Shown here one piece after another: positions 1 to 11,639 of a stretch of DNA of 64,000 bases. The stretch is from Camelus ferus (Eukaryota). The stretch is taken from the NCBI RefSeq assembly GCF_009834535.1, contig NC_045697.1, forward strand, positions 59,770,001 through 59,834,000, read 5' to 3'. The notes under the pieces were generated by a model. The model saw only the letters and a program-made list of their open reading frames with translations. It made no database searches and had not been told where the DNA came from. The position numbers and the translations under genes were made by a program. Within the stretch, counting starts at the first letter, position 1. The number at the start of each line of letters is the position of its first letter.

Positions 1-450
1 GTAGACTGCTCTAGGACAACATTGCTATGATTTATGTCAGAGAATGTTTTGCCTATGTTCTCATCTAGGAGGTTTATGGAGTCTTGCCTTATGTTTAAGT
101 TTTTAAGCCATTTTGAAGTTTTTTTTTTTTGTATGGTGTGAGGGAGTGTTATAATTTTATTAATTTATATGCAACTATCCAACTTTCCCAACACCATTTG
201 TTGAAGAGACTGTCTTTTCTTCATTGTATACTCTTGCCTCCTTTGTTGAAGATGAATTGACCATAAGTATGTGGGCTTATTTCTGAGCTCTCTATTCTGA
301 TCCATTATCCATATGTCTGTTTTTGTGCCAACACCATTCTGTTGGATTACTGTAGCTGTACAGTATTGTCTGGAGTCTGGGAGGGTTATTCCTCCAGCTT
401 CATTTTCTTTCTACAGTATTGCTTTGGCAATTCTGGGTCTTTTTTGATTC
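1..450 (-). mobile_element. L1 LINE ORF2 fragment (5'-truncated at ~450, continues off left edge)
   Basis: Closely similar to 52462-52910, whose reverse strand encodes recognisable L1 ORF2 ([34 protein letters not shown]). Confidence 0.92.
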
Positions 451-541
451 GAGTATAACTCAGTGGTAGACAGCATGCTTAGCATGCACAAAGTCCTGAG
501 TTCAATCCCCAGTATCTCCATTAAAAAAAAAAAAAAAAAAA
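451..541 (+). mobile_element. tRNA-derived SINE (camelid Vic-1 type), slightly 5'-truncated, with poly(A) tail
   Basis: A-box-like TAACTCAGTGGTAGA, B-box-like GAGTTCAATCC, then an A19 tail; homologous to the copy at 45749. Confidence 0.88.
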
Positions 542-1553
542 GGCTTGCTCATTTTGAATTTTCTAGGGCACCTGGAGTAGACATTCATTCTGAAAAATAG
601 TAAATTAAGTTGCTAAAAATAAAGAAAATGAACTTTATTTTCCCCAAAAATACAAAGAGAAGAAACAAAAAAGGAATATAAATTATTGGCTATAACACAG
701 TTTACTTGATTTAAGAGATAATTAATCATATTAATCTAAAAGTAAACATTGGTTTTGAACATCAACTAAAGGAAAAACATAATTCAAATATGAATGTATT
801 TATTTACACACAAGTTAATGAGTATAGGAATCTGTATCAATGGGTCATAATGTGTATGCATTTTAGAATGTTTATCACAGATTCTCTTTTTCTTCTAAGA
901 TGTTAGAGAAAAAGAACATTAAAAATTTTAAAGTGTTCTTTCATATAACAAATGTACATTTCTTTTTAAAAAATCTAGGTTTTTGAATATTTGTTTTTAT
1001 TCAAATATTTTGTATAAGAAAGAAGAAATTGTAATTATACATATTTAAGATTTTATAGAAATTATCATAATAAATTTGTACTTTCTACTCTACAACCCAT
1101 CTTACTCAAAGTTGCATTTGAGAGAAGACTGACTGCATGCATAGACTATGATTGTAGGATGAACCTTTCTTTTGAAATAAGAGGATGGTGTGTTGCTTGA
1201 ATATTATCTTGGTCCCAGTGATACTCTGCTATCCCCATTTGTAGAGAGAAAAAGAACAACTAATCACACTCCTCTTCTCCACAACAGACTCAATGAAAGG
1301 CAGGGGGCCAAGAAACATGAGTATGATCTCTCTGAAGTGCTTTTATAAATAATTAGAAAAGAACTTTTAGTAATCATCTCCCCTGCAGAGTCAGCTTGAC
1401 AGACCATAAGAATTAGGAGTCCAAAAGTCAATCTTAACAACATAACATAAAAAAGTCTAATTTTTCTGTCTTCTATTTTTCAACATTTGCTTTAGTTTTC
1501 ATTACTTAACACCCTGTAATAACCTCTCATTTCTTTAAAGATAACTCAATATT

Positions 1554-2010
1554 CTTTTTTTCATAGAGTTCTATTGAGAGATATAATTGACATATAGCAC
1601 TGTGTAAGTTTACAGTATAAGCCTAGTGAGTTTACTTACATACCTTATGAAATGATTACTACAGTAAGTTTAGTGAACTTTATTTTCTCATATAAATACA
1701 AAATAAAAGGGAAGAACTCTTAGGATTTACTCTCTAACCAACTTTCATATATAACATACAGCAGTATTAATCACATTAATCACATTGTATTACATTCCTA
1801 GTATTTATTTATCTTATAACTGGAAGTTTGTATCTTTTTACCACTTTCACCCATTCCCCCTCATCTCACCCCTCACATCTGGTAACCACAAATATCCCTT
1901 TTACTATGAGTTTGTTTGTTTGTTATTTAAAGTATAATTGACCTACAACACTATGTTAGTCCCTTGTGCACAGCATAGAGATTCAATATTTCTATATATT
2001 ACAAATACAG
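1554..2010 (-). mobile_element. L1 3' UTR fragment (L1MA-like)
   Basis: T-tract then 'attgagagatataattgacatatagcactgtgtaagttt...ataactggaagtttgtatc...ctggtaaccac', the typical antisense L1 3' end. Confidence 0.75.
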
Positions 2011-2094
2011 AATGATTCAATATTCTTCATGTCAAATAGTAAGTAGTAAGTTATCTGACCACTGATTATGTCTATGGCCTCATGTCAAGACTTA

Positions 2095-2655
2095 GATAAA
2101 GAAAATGTGATACATATACATCACATTTATATATAACACATACACACACTGAATATTATTCAACCATAAAACAGAAGGAAATCTTGCTCTTGCAACAACA
2201 TGGATGGACTTTGAGGGCATTATGTTAAGTGAACAAGTCAGACAGCAAAGCCTAACACTCCATGTTTTCACTTATATGTGGAATCTGAAAAAAAGCTACA
2301 TTCATAGAAATTGTGAGCAGAGTGGTGACTAACAGAGGCTGGGGGCAGGGGGAGAAATGGGGAGATATTGGTGAAAGGGTATAAACTTCTACTTATAAGA
2401 TGAATAAGTGCTAAGGATCTAACGTACAGCACAGTGACTACAATGGACAGTGCTGTATCGTGTACTTGAAAGTTGTTAAGAGAGTAGATCTTAATGCTAC
2501 CGCCACAAAAAAGTAATTATATGAAGGGAAAGGGGTGTTAACTAAAACTTTCATGCTTATCATTTTGCAATATGTATTGTGTCAAATCATCATGTTATAT
2601 ATCTTAAGCTTACATATGCTATATATCAATAATATCTCAATACAGATGGAAAAAC
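2095..2655 (+). mobile_element. L1 ORF2 end/3' UTR (L1MA9/10-like)
   Basis: 'gataaagaaaatgtg...aaggaaatcttg...gcaacaacatggatggactttgagggcattatgttaagtgaa' and the terminal 'aataatatctcaatacagatggaaaaa'. Confidence 0.85.
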
Positions 2656-3644
2656 TGATTCCATGTGCTTGAGAATTTTCTAACCCTTCTCTCCAACTCC
2701 ACACCCCCCTTACCTCCATTCCAAATACCCTTTCCTGTCAAATGCCTATTTATCTTATGTAGGCTCATTTTCAGCACACTCAGAAGACTTCTCTGAACCT
2801 CAAGTTCAAGTTAGATCTCTTATTATAAAGCAAATAGAATTCTGTGCCATGGATTACATAACATTGTACAGTCAAGCTCAAACATTCTGAATCAAGCAGC
2901 AAATGCAATAATAGGTGACAGAATGGATATTGTGGCACTAATTAAACTGCCAATTAATGCTTTTGTATCTGAAACAAACTGAATTATTGGGCTACATAGT
3001 GTTCTATCTCAGCTCAAGGCATATTCCTTTTATTTCCTTTTTCTTCTAGTTCCAGGAAACTATAACATGTTTTTAGCATACAAAAGAAATAGCCAGTCTC
3101 CTCAATTAAAATTAAACCAAATAAATTATCCTTCTGAGATATACGATCTATTTTCCCCCATGTCCCACATTTTAAATAATTAAATGTAAGAATAAACAGT
3201 TGAGTCTAGAGTGTTTATATTTCTATTACCTCACTTTGTCTGCAGTTAAATCAAGAAAAATGAGTAAGTAAAATGTTTAGGTCTGAATGACTAAGAAGTC
3301 CTCCCAAAAGAATCCTTCCTAAACAAGGAATGTCTGGTTCAAGGACATATTTCTGTACTCATTTCTCTAGAGTCATAGGAAGCAAATTTCTGCTTTCAGG
3401 TGCTAAAGACGCAGAAATATTGAGGATTTCTTTCAGCAAATCCTGCTGTGTAAACCAAAGAAAATACTTTTCAAAACACTGGATCATGGGCCCTACTCCC
3501 CCGCCCCCACCTCTCATTTTATTACATAAAAAGTCACACTGGAAAACTACCTTGTTGGATACTGGGGGCATAAGTACTTTCTCTCTTTTTCTTTAGCAGA
3601 AATCATTGCATGTATGATTATGGATTCATACCTAGGGGCTCCAC

Positions 3645-3770
3645 CAGAATGTAAGTTCCATGAAAGCAGACTCTATGAATGTCTTGGATACAACCCTGTG
3701 CCATTACTCTGCCAGATGCTGCTGGTGATATAAATACTCAGTAAATATTTGTGGTTGAATGAATGAGATA
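3645..3770 (+). mobile_element. L2 LINE 3' end
   Basis: 'agaatgtaagttccatgaaagcag...actcagtaaatatttgtggttgaatgaatga', the characteristic L2 terminus. Confidence 0.7.
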
Positions 3771-5607
3771 AATAAGCAAGTATGTGCATAGAGAAGTGAA
3801 AAGCATGTTTACAAAACCATAATGCTACAAGCTATTTTTTTCCAATGTCTTCATTTGTGATGACATTTATTTTTTCTATAGAGACAATTTAGTTCAAAGA
3901 AAGTCTTCATTTTTGACAATATTTCTCAGTTGACATTCTTTTGCGAGCATGAATTACATCTCAAAGAATTGTGAAATCATCTATTGTGTGCCTTACTAAA
4001 CTTTGTTTTCCCATTTCTTAATTTAGGGTCTGTGATAATTCATGCACTCAATAAATATTTGCTAAATATGTATTTGTATGTACTTTAAAAAGAAATTAAG
4101 TAACATCAATTTTAGAGGATGTATTGATTCTGATATGGATTTATTGAGAGATTATATATTCCTGCTTATGTAATATTACTCTACAATTATCAAGAATAAA
4201 AAATGCTGCATCTTATTTCTGTATTTTAGTACTCTAAGTATATAAACTATTTTATACCTCCCATTGTGTTATAATTACTTGGAATTCTCTAAATGTATTA
4301 CTTGTGTGCTTTGTATACATTTAATTTCATTATAGAGAGAACTTGCCTGCTTAAATATATTTTCCCAGTGTTGAATGAAAATGTGTTTTGACATCAGGAA
4401 AATATGTGGTTTGGTGATAAACAATAGCTATACAGAGTGCAAATGTATTTGAGGTGGATCATAAGATATAAACTCCACACAGTGGTTATTTCCAAACAAT
4501 CCAGATTCAGTCAAATTCTTCATACCATCACTTTCTGAAGAAACAAAAATATAGGACTTTGATTTGCCTTTGGATTGAAAGATGCAATTGTAATGCTTTG
4601 TAGCAAAGAATTTTGGTTTCAAGTGGAAAACTAATTTATAAAGCAGGACAGAAACAATTGCTGAGGCCATTTTTACTGCTTTTAATTAGCAGTATCAGAA
4701 GCTTTGGTTAAAAGGAAATTCCTAATAGGCACAGAAAATTTAGACTGAAATAATTTCTACCATTGCACTAACTTCCATAGTTTATTCCTTGCATATGCCT
4801 GAGTGACAAAATTCTATTAGATTTATTTCTTTTATTAATAAATGTATTCATTTTTAGTAACCCCTATGTAAGCCCAATATGTTTATTATTATTTGATACT
4901 ATACATTAAAAGCATAAACCTTCTTGCCACAATTCATGTTAACCAATGTTGTTATACAATGCATTAATTTCACTGCAATGTGAGAATGGAATTTATTTTA
5001 GACAAGGAAACATTGCTGCCTTTCCTACAAAAGAACATATGTGGAAAATGATTAGTCCTTTGGGCTGAATACCTAAATTTATTTAGTAATAGAGGATTTG
5101 AATCTTGATATAATAAGCATTTAAGCTCATGGGCTTATTCTTATTTCCTAGGCAGTTTGCTGTCTTCATTGGAAACCTGAAACTTAACCCACATTTATTA
5201 TTGTAACCTCAAAAAATTTGAATCATATTAGGACTACAAGCAGGCTTAGAAAGAAATGATCATGTCAGATCTCATGCGGTATGGGTGACATTTAAGCTGA
5301 GATGTTGACTGTGCTACCCAAAAAAAAAACCAACCAGGAAAGATAGGAAGTGTGGATAATACCTGATGTACTTCTTCACGAAAGTGAAATAGAAGAAACT
5401 GAAATTGAAGTAAATATTATCATTCTTATGGTATTTGATCTTGAGAGAGAAAAACATAAAAAATATTTATATGTTTTATGTCTCAGTTAAATTACATGTT
5501 GATAGTGTAAGGGAAAGATCTGTAAGTTCCCCAAAATAAAAATAAAATAAAATAAAATATTTTCCCATTTACTGGAATTTAAAATATTAATGTTTTAGAG
5601 AGTTGAC

Positions 5608-5745
5608 TTCTTCCCTCCTTCAATTCCCCTTCTTCCTTCCCTCCCTTCATTTTTCCTTCCTTCCTTTCCTTCAACAAACATTTATTAAACAAGTTCTATT
5701 CATTAAGCAGAGTCTTAGCTACTGAAGATAAATAGATGAGTTAAG
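5608..5745 (-). repeat. CT-rich (CCTT)n low-complexity tract plus antisense L2 3' end
   Basis: ttcc/cctt repeats at 5608-5671 followed by 'ttcaacaaacatttattaaac'. Confidence 0.6.
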
Positions 5746-5861
5746 TCACCTCAGAGGCTTTTTGTCACACTGTTCACTGCCCAGTCGGGAATCCCAATTC
5801 TTTCCTATATACAGGGAATTCAGGAGAACGCTCTTCAACGTGAGAAGCTGTATGAGGCAGA

Positions 5862-5992
5862 GCTTACCGTTGCTAAGGAACCTGGAAAAGACAGCCACAT
5901 GCATTTGCAGATCCTTTCCTGCTTACCTGGACAGTACTTAAGAGGGACCAATTAGCTTCAAACATCCCTGATTTTAATCAGAGCCAATGAGG
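5862..5992 (-). promoter_or_regulatory. Candidate promoter/first exon: RFX X-box, two NF-Y CCAAT boxes, minus-strand 5' splice sites
   Basis: GTTGCTAAGGAAC at 5869-5881; GACCAATTAG (CCAAT 5948-5952); AGCCAATGAG (CCAAT 5984-5988); minus-strand donors CAG|GTAAGC (5926) and ACG|GTAAGC (5867); local CpG enrichment in non-repeat DNA. Confidence 0.45.
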
Positions 5993-6479
5993 GAAAGACC
6001 CCAGGAAGACGACACTCAGTTTTGTCAGCAGTATCTTGTTTCCTGGGGTAGGAGTGGACTTGGTATCATCGATAATATTCTGAATTTCATGTTAACAGAA
6101 GAGATGTCTAACTGGACTGCTTCCATGTTGTGAATTTTGCTGTACTTCTGGCTGTCATCCTTTTCTTTCTTCTCATTAAGGAACCATTTGTTCTTGAGAC
6201 TTAATTCTTGGTGTTATTTAGTATTCTCTCAATACAATAACTTTTTTTTAGTTGGTTAATGTCATTTTCCTTTCCTGGCAACTAAAAACTCCCACAAGTA
6301 TCATCTTAGTCCTCAGAGAGCACTATATGGAAGGCTAAGCTAGCCAAGAAGTCTGGCAAGCTGCCATAATTATTATAAGTGCCGTATTTTTTATTTAAAT
6401 AATAGTAAAGGTGAGATCTCATGTGTAGACTAGAAAGATACGGGCTAAATGTATGGCCTGAGTTGCTTACTACCTACTG

Positions 6480-6760
6480 GTACTAGACAGAAAGCAACAC
6501 ACAGGAGAGCATTTGCACCATGGTCTAAAGAATACAGAATTTAGATATTCAAAATCTGAAAGTGTATCAGAGAATAACAAGCAATTTGGGGTGACTGGAG
6601 CTAAGATTGCTTGAAAAAATAAAATGAAAAGTGACAATAGAAAGGTGAAATAGGTTAGAACTCTGCTAGTCCTTGAACACCTTATAAGAATATTTGTATT
6701 CCAGAAATAAAGGTGGACAACTGAAAGTTTTTGTGTGGAGGAAAAAAAACTAGAGACAAT
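6480..6760 (-). mobile_element. L2 fragment
   Basis: Purine-rich degenerate L2 antisense motifs ('ggtgactggagc', 'ctgaaagtttt'). Confidence 0.4.
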
Positions 6761-6824
6761 CACCTACTGCTAACTCCACAGTTTATTCATCAAGCAATAT
6801 TTTAAAATATTTTAGTTTAAGCAT

Positions 6825-7250
6825 ACATTATACTTTTTATCAAAGTATAGCATACTTACAGAAAAGGGCACAAATCATAACTGTGCAACTTTATGAATGT
6901 TCAGCGAGTAAACATGTTCAGCTAACCAGGACCACCCTCAGAATCCTAGAAGACCCCCTTATGCCCTGTCCAGTCACTATCACCTCAAATGTGACCTTCC
7001 TCCTGATTTCTAAAACAGGTTATTTCTTGAACATTATACAAATAGAACATACAGTTTGTACTTTTTGTGTCTCCATTCTTTTTCTCACCATTGTATTTGT
7101 AAGATCATCAATATTATTATGTATTGTGGCAGTTTGTTTTCTCCTTGCTATATGGTATTCTATTTTTTAGTATACCACCATTAATTCATGTTGCTATTGA
7201 CGGCACTGGCTATTTTGACTGGAGCTACTATGAACATCTGTACATGTTAT
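6825..7250 (-). mobile_element. Old L1 3' end (L1MD/L1ME-like)
   Basis: 'ttttatcaaagtatagcatacttacagaaaagggcacaaatcataactgtgca...agatcatc...tgctatatggtattctatt', an antisense old-L1 3' UTR pattern. Confidence 0.65.
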
Positions 7251-7536
7251 TTAATTAACATTATTATACCAAATGCTTTTTAACATCAATAGGATGAGCT
7301 TGGACTGAAGACTATCTAAATATTCTGATTTTCAGGAAATGATATATTTTATTCCTGATTCTACTAGCCATTCCATGTGGACATATCAAAACTATATAAT
7401 CCATTAACTGTATCTCCGATAAAAAATAGTGATCATTGTATTTTATGTACTAAATCAGCTCTAACAATAAAACGTACATAGAGTTGAATTTGTTGTTTTA
7501 TCATTGAACTGAGATCAGTTTCTAATTAATTTTAAG

Positions 7537-8113
7537 GGACATCCAGTTTCACTTGTGACATGTACAGATCTTGGAAATAATCACTCTGTCTTTACAACAA
7601 GAGGATGCCAGACAAACTGAAAATCAATGAGTTTTCTTGGAATAATCAGAGAACTGAAATTACACGGGAAAATTTCCACCTTGAATTCTGGAGAGACAGG
7701 TGAATATAGATAGTCACAACCAAGATCTTCTTACTTGGAGCAAAAGCCTTAGGAGCCACAAACTGTGTGGGAAAACATACACGGTAATTCTGAAAATGGA
7801 TGGAGCTGAGTGTGGACTAGCATGAAAGTAAGAAGCTTGCGGTGTTGTGAGGGGCATGTAGTATTCTGGATGGGATCCTGGAACAGACAAAGACATTAGA
7901 TAAAATAGAGGAACTTTGAAGAAAGTAGGGACTTTAGTTAATAATGATATATCAATATTGGTTATTATGTTGTAATAAATGTACCACACTAATGAAAGAT
8001 ACTAACATTATAGGAAACAGGAAACATTATAGGCTATCTGAGGGTTTCTGCATTATTTTTCCAAATTTTCTGTACATCAAAAGCTATCATAAAAATTAAA
8101 AGTTTATTTTTTA
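7537..8113 (+). mobile_element. L1MC-like element: 5' end joined to 3' end (internal deletion)
   Basis: 7537-~7855 resembles the L1MC 5' UTR ('acaaactgaaaatcaa...ggagagacagg'); 7856-8113 resembles the L1MC 3' UTR ('ctggatgggatcctggaacag...gactttagttaataatgatatatcaatattgg...aaaagtttatt'), followed by an A-rich tail. Confidence 0.6.
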
Positions 8114-8977
8114 AAACAAAGCAAAAACAAAATAAAAAAGCAATTCCAGTGGCTTTATAAGTATTAGGTTGGGCACATTTATACTATATCTTTTGGATTT
8201 GGAGCAGCAATATACTCCTGACTCTAGCAATAAGTCAGCTTATAAGTAGTTTATAATAAATGGTTTATAAAGATAAAAAATTTTTTATCTGAAAATCTTT
8301 GATAAAGAATTCTTCACTGTTCTAGGCATAATTCTACATCTCTATTTTCTATCTAGTGGTATGGACAGAGAATTGAGATAAAACAAGTAATGTTGCGATT
8401 TCAACTATAAAATAGTATGAAATAGTTATAGTAAGCAGTGATATTATCTTATTAGAGGTACTATAAAATTTATCTAAAAAAGCTTTAATTTGGAGATCTC
8501 TAAACAATTATTTAAATGCTAGAACTAGATTTTGAAATGGGGAGATAAAGAACCTTGCTTATGTGCATCTGGAAGGACTTTTTTGTGAGCAAGTTAGTAT
8601 GTTAGTCTGGTCTCTTGATTAGAATACCAGACATAAGGTCTGGGTCTTAGATTTTATCCACACGTAGGCCAGGAAACTTTGTTACATAAACTGAACAGTG
8701 GCTATCCTGTGATTTTGATTAACAGGGAGTTTTAGAGATTGGACTCTCATGGTCAGCATTCTGGTAATCCTCACAAGTTGTATGTGGAGTACTGTTATCT
8801 ACAAATGAAGAGACTTTGTGATGTGGTGGTGTGCCATAGGATGCCAAGCACTCCGATTAAGGGGTGGAGTCAGTCTGTATTGGAGGTCAGTTCTTTATCT
8901 CTGTATAAACTGCCTCCCCAAATTTTAGAACCTGGCCTAGTACTTACGTTTCTTATGTCATATGTTGGGAATAAAAC

Positions 8978-9445
8978 TGTTATGGGTTGAATTATGCCTC
9001 CTCTCCCCTCCTTCCCAAAATACCACAGAATGTGACCTTATATGGAAAGTGTCTTTATAGAGTAATCAATTTAAAATGAGGTCATGAGAGTGGTCCCTAA
9101 TCCAACATGATCCAGTGAACTTATAAAAAGATGAAATTTGGACACAGAAACAGATGTGCATAGTAGGGAGAATATGTGAAGACACAAGGAAAACACCGTG
9201 TGAAGAGAGAGGCAGAGACTAGAGAGATACTGCTACAAGCCAAAGGATACTAAGGATTGACAGTCACCACCAGAAACTAGGAAGAGGTGAGGAAGGATTC
9301 TCGCTTACAGGCTTCAAGGGAGTATAGCCCACACAAAATCTGGATTTTGAACTTCTAGCCTCCAGAACTGTGAGAAAATAAATTTCTATTATTTTAAGCC
9401 ATACAGTTTTTGGTGTTTTGTATGGCAGCCCCAGAAACTAGTAAA
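8978..9445 (+). mobile_element. MaLR solo LTR (MLT1B/C-like)
   Basis: Starts TGTTATGGGTTGAATT; contains 'cagaatgtgaccttat...aaaatgaggtcat...cctaatcca...cttctagcctccagaactgtgagaaaataaatttc...atggcagccccagaaact'. Confidence 0.9.
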
Positions 9446-11639
9446 AAAAAAAAAAAAAAAAAGGAAATTTTTGGATGCACTGAATATTCTCAGACTGCTT
9501 TACAATCATTTCACTCATCTTTCTATTTTATTTACTATAATTTGGCACAGAATCCATGTTAAGATTTTATCAATTTTTTCCCATTATCCAAGCTTTATTC
9601 ACATTTTTTTCATGCTGTCAGTGTCTTCCTCCGATTGATTGCTTTTCCTGCCAATTATGAGGTATATGTTTCTTTTTTAGCTATTGCTTCAGATGTAGTA
9701 GAATGTTGCTTGCCTCCTCCTAGAAATGTAACTCTCACTTGATTTCACCACATTAGTTTTTTTTTTAATAGTTTACTACGCCAGTATTGTACACCTATTA
9801 TGCTTTCCAGTTTCTCACATAGTTCTAGATCCTACCTTTGCAAGGCTTCAGTTAAAGAATTTAATAGTATTACTGAAGAACTCAGCAATATTGGGAATAT
9901 GGTTATCTTGCTTTATCACAATGTCAGTGTGCATGCACATACCCAGTACTTATATATATTTGTGTTTCCATGTGAGCAAATATGCACCAAATGCTTATCC
10001 CTCTAATATTTTTTCATTAATTGTTAATAATGTTAATTTGAATTCTCCCAGTACACACCTCTAGGGAAAGTAGTAGGGAAGTTTGCTGAGTGCCAGAAGT
10101 CTGCCCGTGGCTACATATTTGCTGTAGTAAATTGCCATATAAATATTTGAAAGTTAAATTTGGTAAGTTTCTTACTTTAGTACACTAAAGGATAGGTCAG
10201 TTGATGTAAAGATTTAATGCATTTAAGAAATGAACTAATTTTGTTCTTATCAAAAAGGTACTTTTTCCTCCAAAATTTAATTGATGTAGCACACTTCAAG
10301 ATTTGTTATATTAAAATCCTAGCAATTGAACTGTCAGATTTATGATTTGCATAATTAGGTTAATTAGTTATTTCACTGATATATGTATCCCTGAATTTAA
10401 ATCCTTTATTTTATATTTTATTTCAGTAAGTCCTGCTGCAATGATTTCTAAAAGTTATATCAGTTGTATTTTAGGTTTCTATAAATTTCTTGAGATCCTA
10501 ACAGGCAGTGGCTAATGGAATTGCTAAAGCTAAGTCACTTCTACAGCTTTTTCACTTAAGCCCATTTAGAAAGAAAATATATCATTATAACAAAAATGTT
10601 CTATTATGTTCTATCAAAGGAGTTCATGTAATTTTCATTTTTAACAACACAAAAAATACTACATGCGAATCTTTTATCCACTAATAAACATAATTTGGTA
10701 CTTGTGCTGTACATCACTCTAATTACAACAGTATCTTTTATGCTAAAGACAGCCTCAAACTATGGGTAAGAGGAGGCATTTTTTTCTTTCATGAGAGGGT
10801 TTAATTATGTAGTCTCAGAATTGTCTTTGTTGCTTAGTATTTGCCTTCCTTTCAAAACACAATACTCCAATTTATCAAGTAATCATTCTACCTGTTCTTT
10901 TATCCCTAATTTCACATATTCATCCAAAAGCTTTAAAAATAATTATTTCACAATTCATCTGCATTTGTCTTTCTTTCAAGTAGGATGGTTTATTTCTAAG
11001 TGCTTTCAGTTCTAACCTCTACCGTTAGTAAGAAGTATACAACTTCCAAAACACATGAAAATGTAAAACACACGAAAGCTTTTACAAGATAAAGATATTG
11101 AAATTCATATGTCAGAGGATGAGCAATGAAATCTATACCCTGTATCTGACAGTTACTGCTTTGAACTGTATGACCTAATTCCATAGTTGTATATATGGAT
11201 TAGACAGTATATGAATACTACATTTTTCTCCTTTTTAGCATACGTCTGATTAAGGAGAAGCAATATATAATAGTTCATCTTCTAAAATTACTACAAAATT
11301 AGACTTCTTTTAGTCAACACTAAAATTTTGACTCATAGATGATTCCTTATTTTTTATCCATCATGAGATTTCTTTAAAGTTATAATTTCTATATTTTAAA
11401 CACATGACAATTATTCAAATGTTATTGTTTTTAACAATATTACATTGTTACCAATAATTTATAAATGTGTTCTACTAAATGTTTAAAGACACCATTTGGG
11501 GGAAGATATAAGCAGATTTGTATCTTAAAAGCTATGCAGCTTTAGGTAAGTTAGATGAACTCTGTGAATCACAATTATCTCACCAGTCAGATGAAGATTA
11601 TATTGGTACACAGCTCAGACAGATAATTTAGGCAAGAAA

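Noticed and set aside
451..520. tRNA genes (also 45750-45822)
   Set aside because: The A/B boxes belong to tRNA-derived SINEs with A-rich tails (and a TSD at the second copy); they are not intact tRNA genes.
3330..3596. Overlapping 88-aa (+) and 70-aa (-) ORFs with poly-Pro/poly-Gly
   Set aside because: The runs come from a single C-rich tract; no recognisable protein.
4428..4670. 80-aa minus-strand ORF MASAIVSVLL...
   Set aside because: No recognisable family, and it contains an intron-like polypyrimidine/acceptor; not called as CDS.
5790..5990. MHC class II-type SXY module (X box plus CCAAT Y box)
   Set aside because: Order and spacing are wrong: no Y box about 20 bp downstream of the X box in either orientation.
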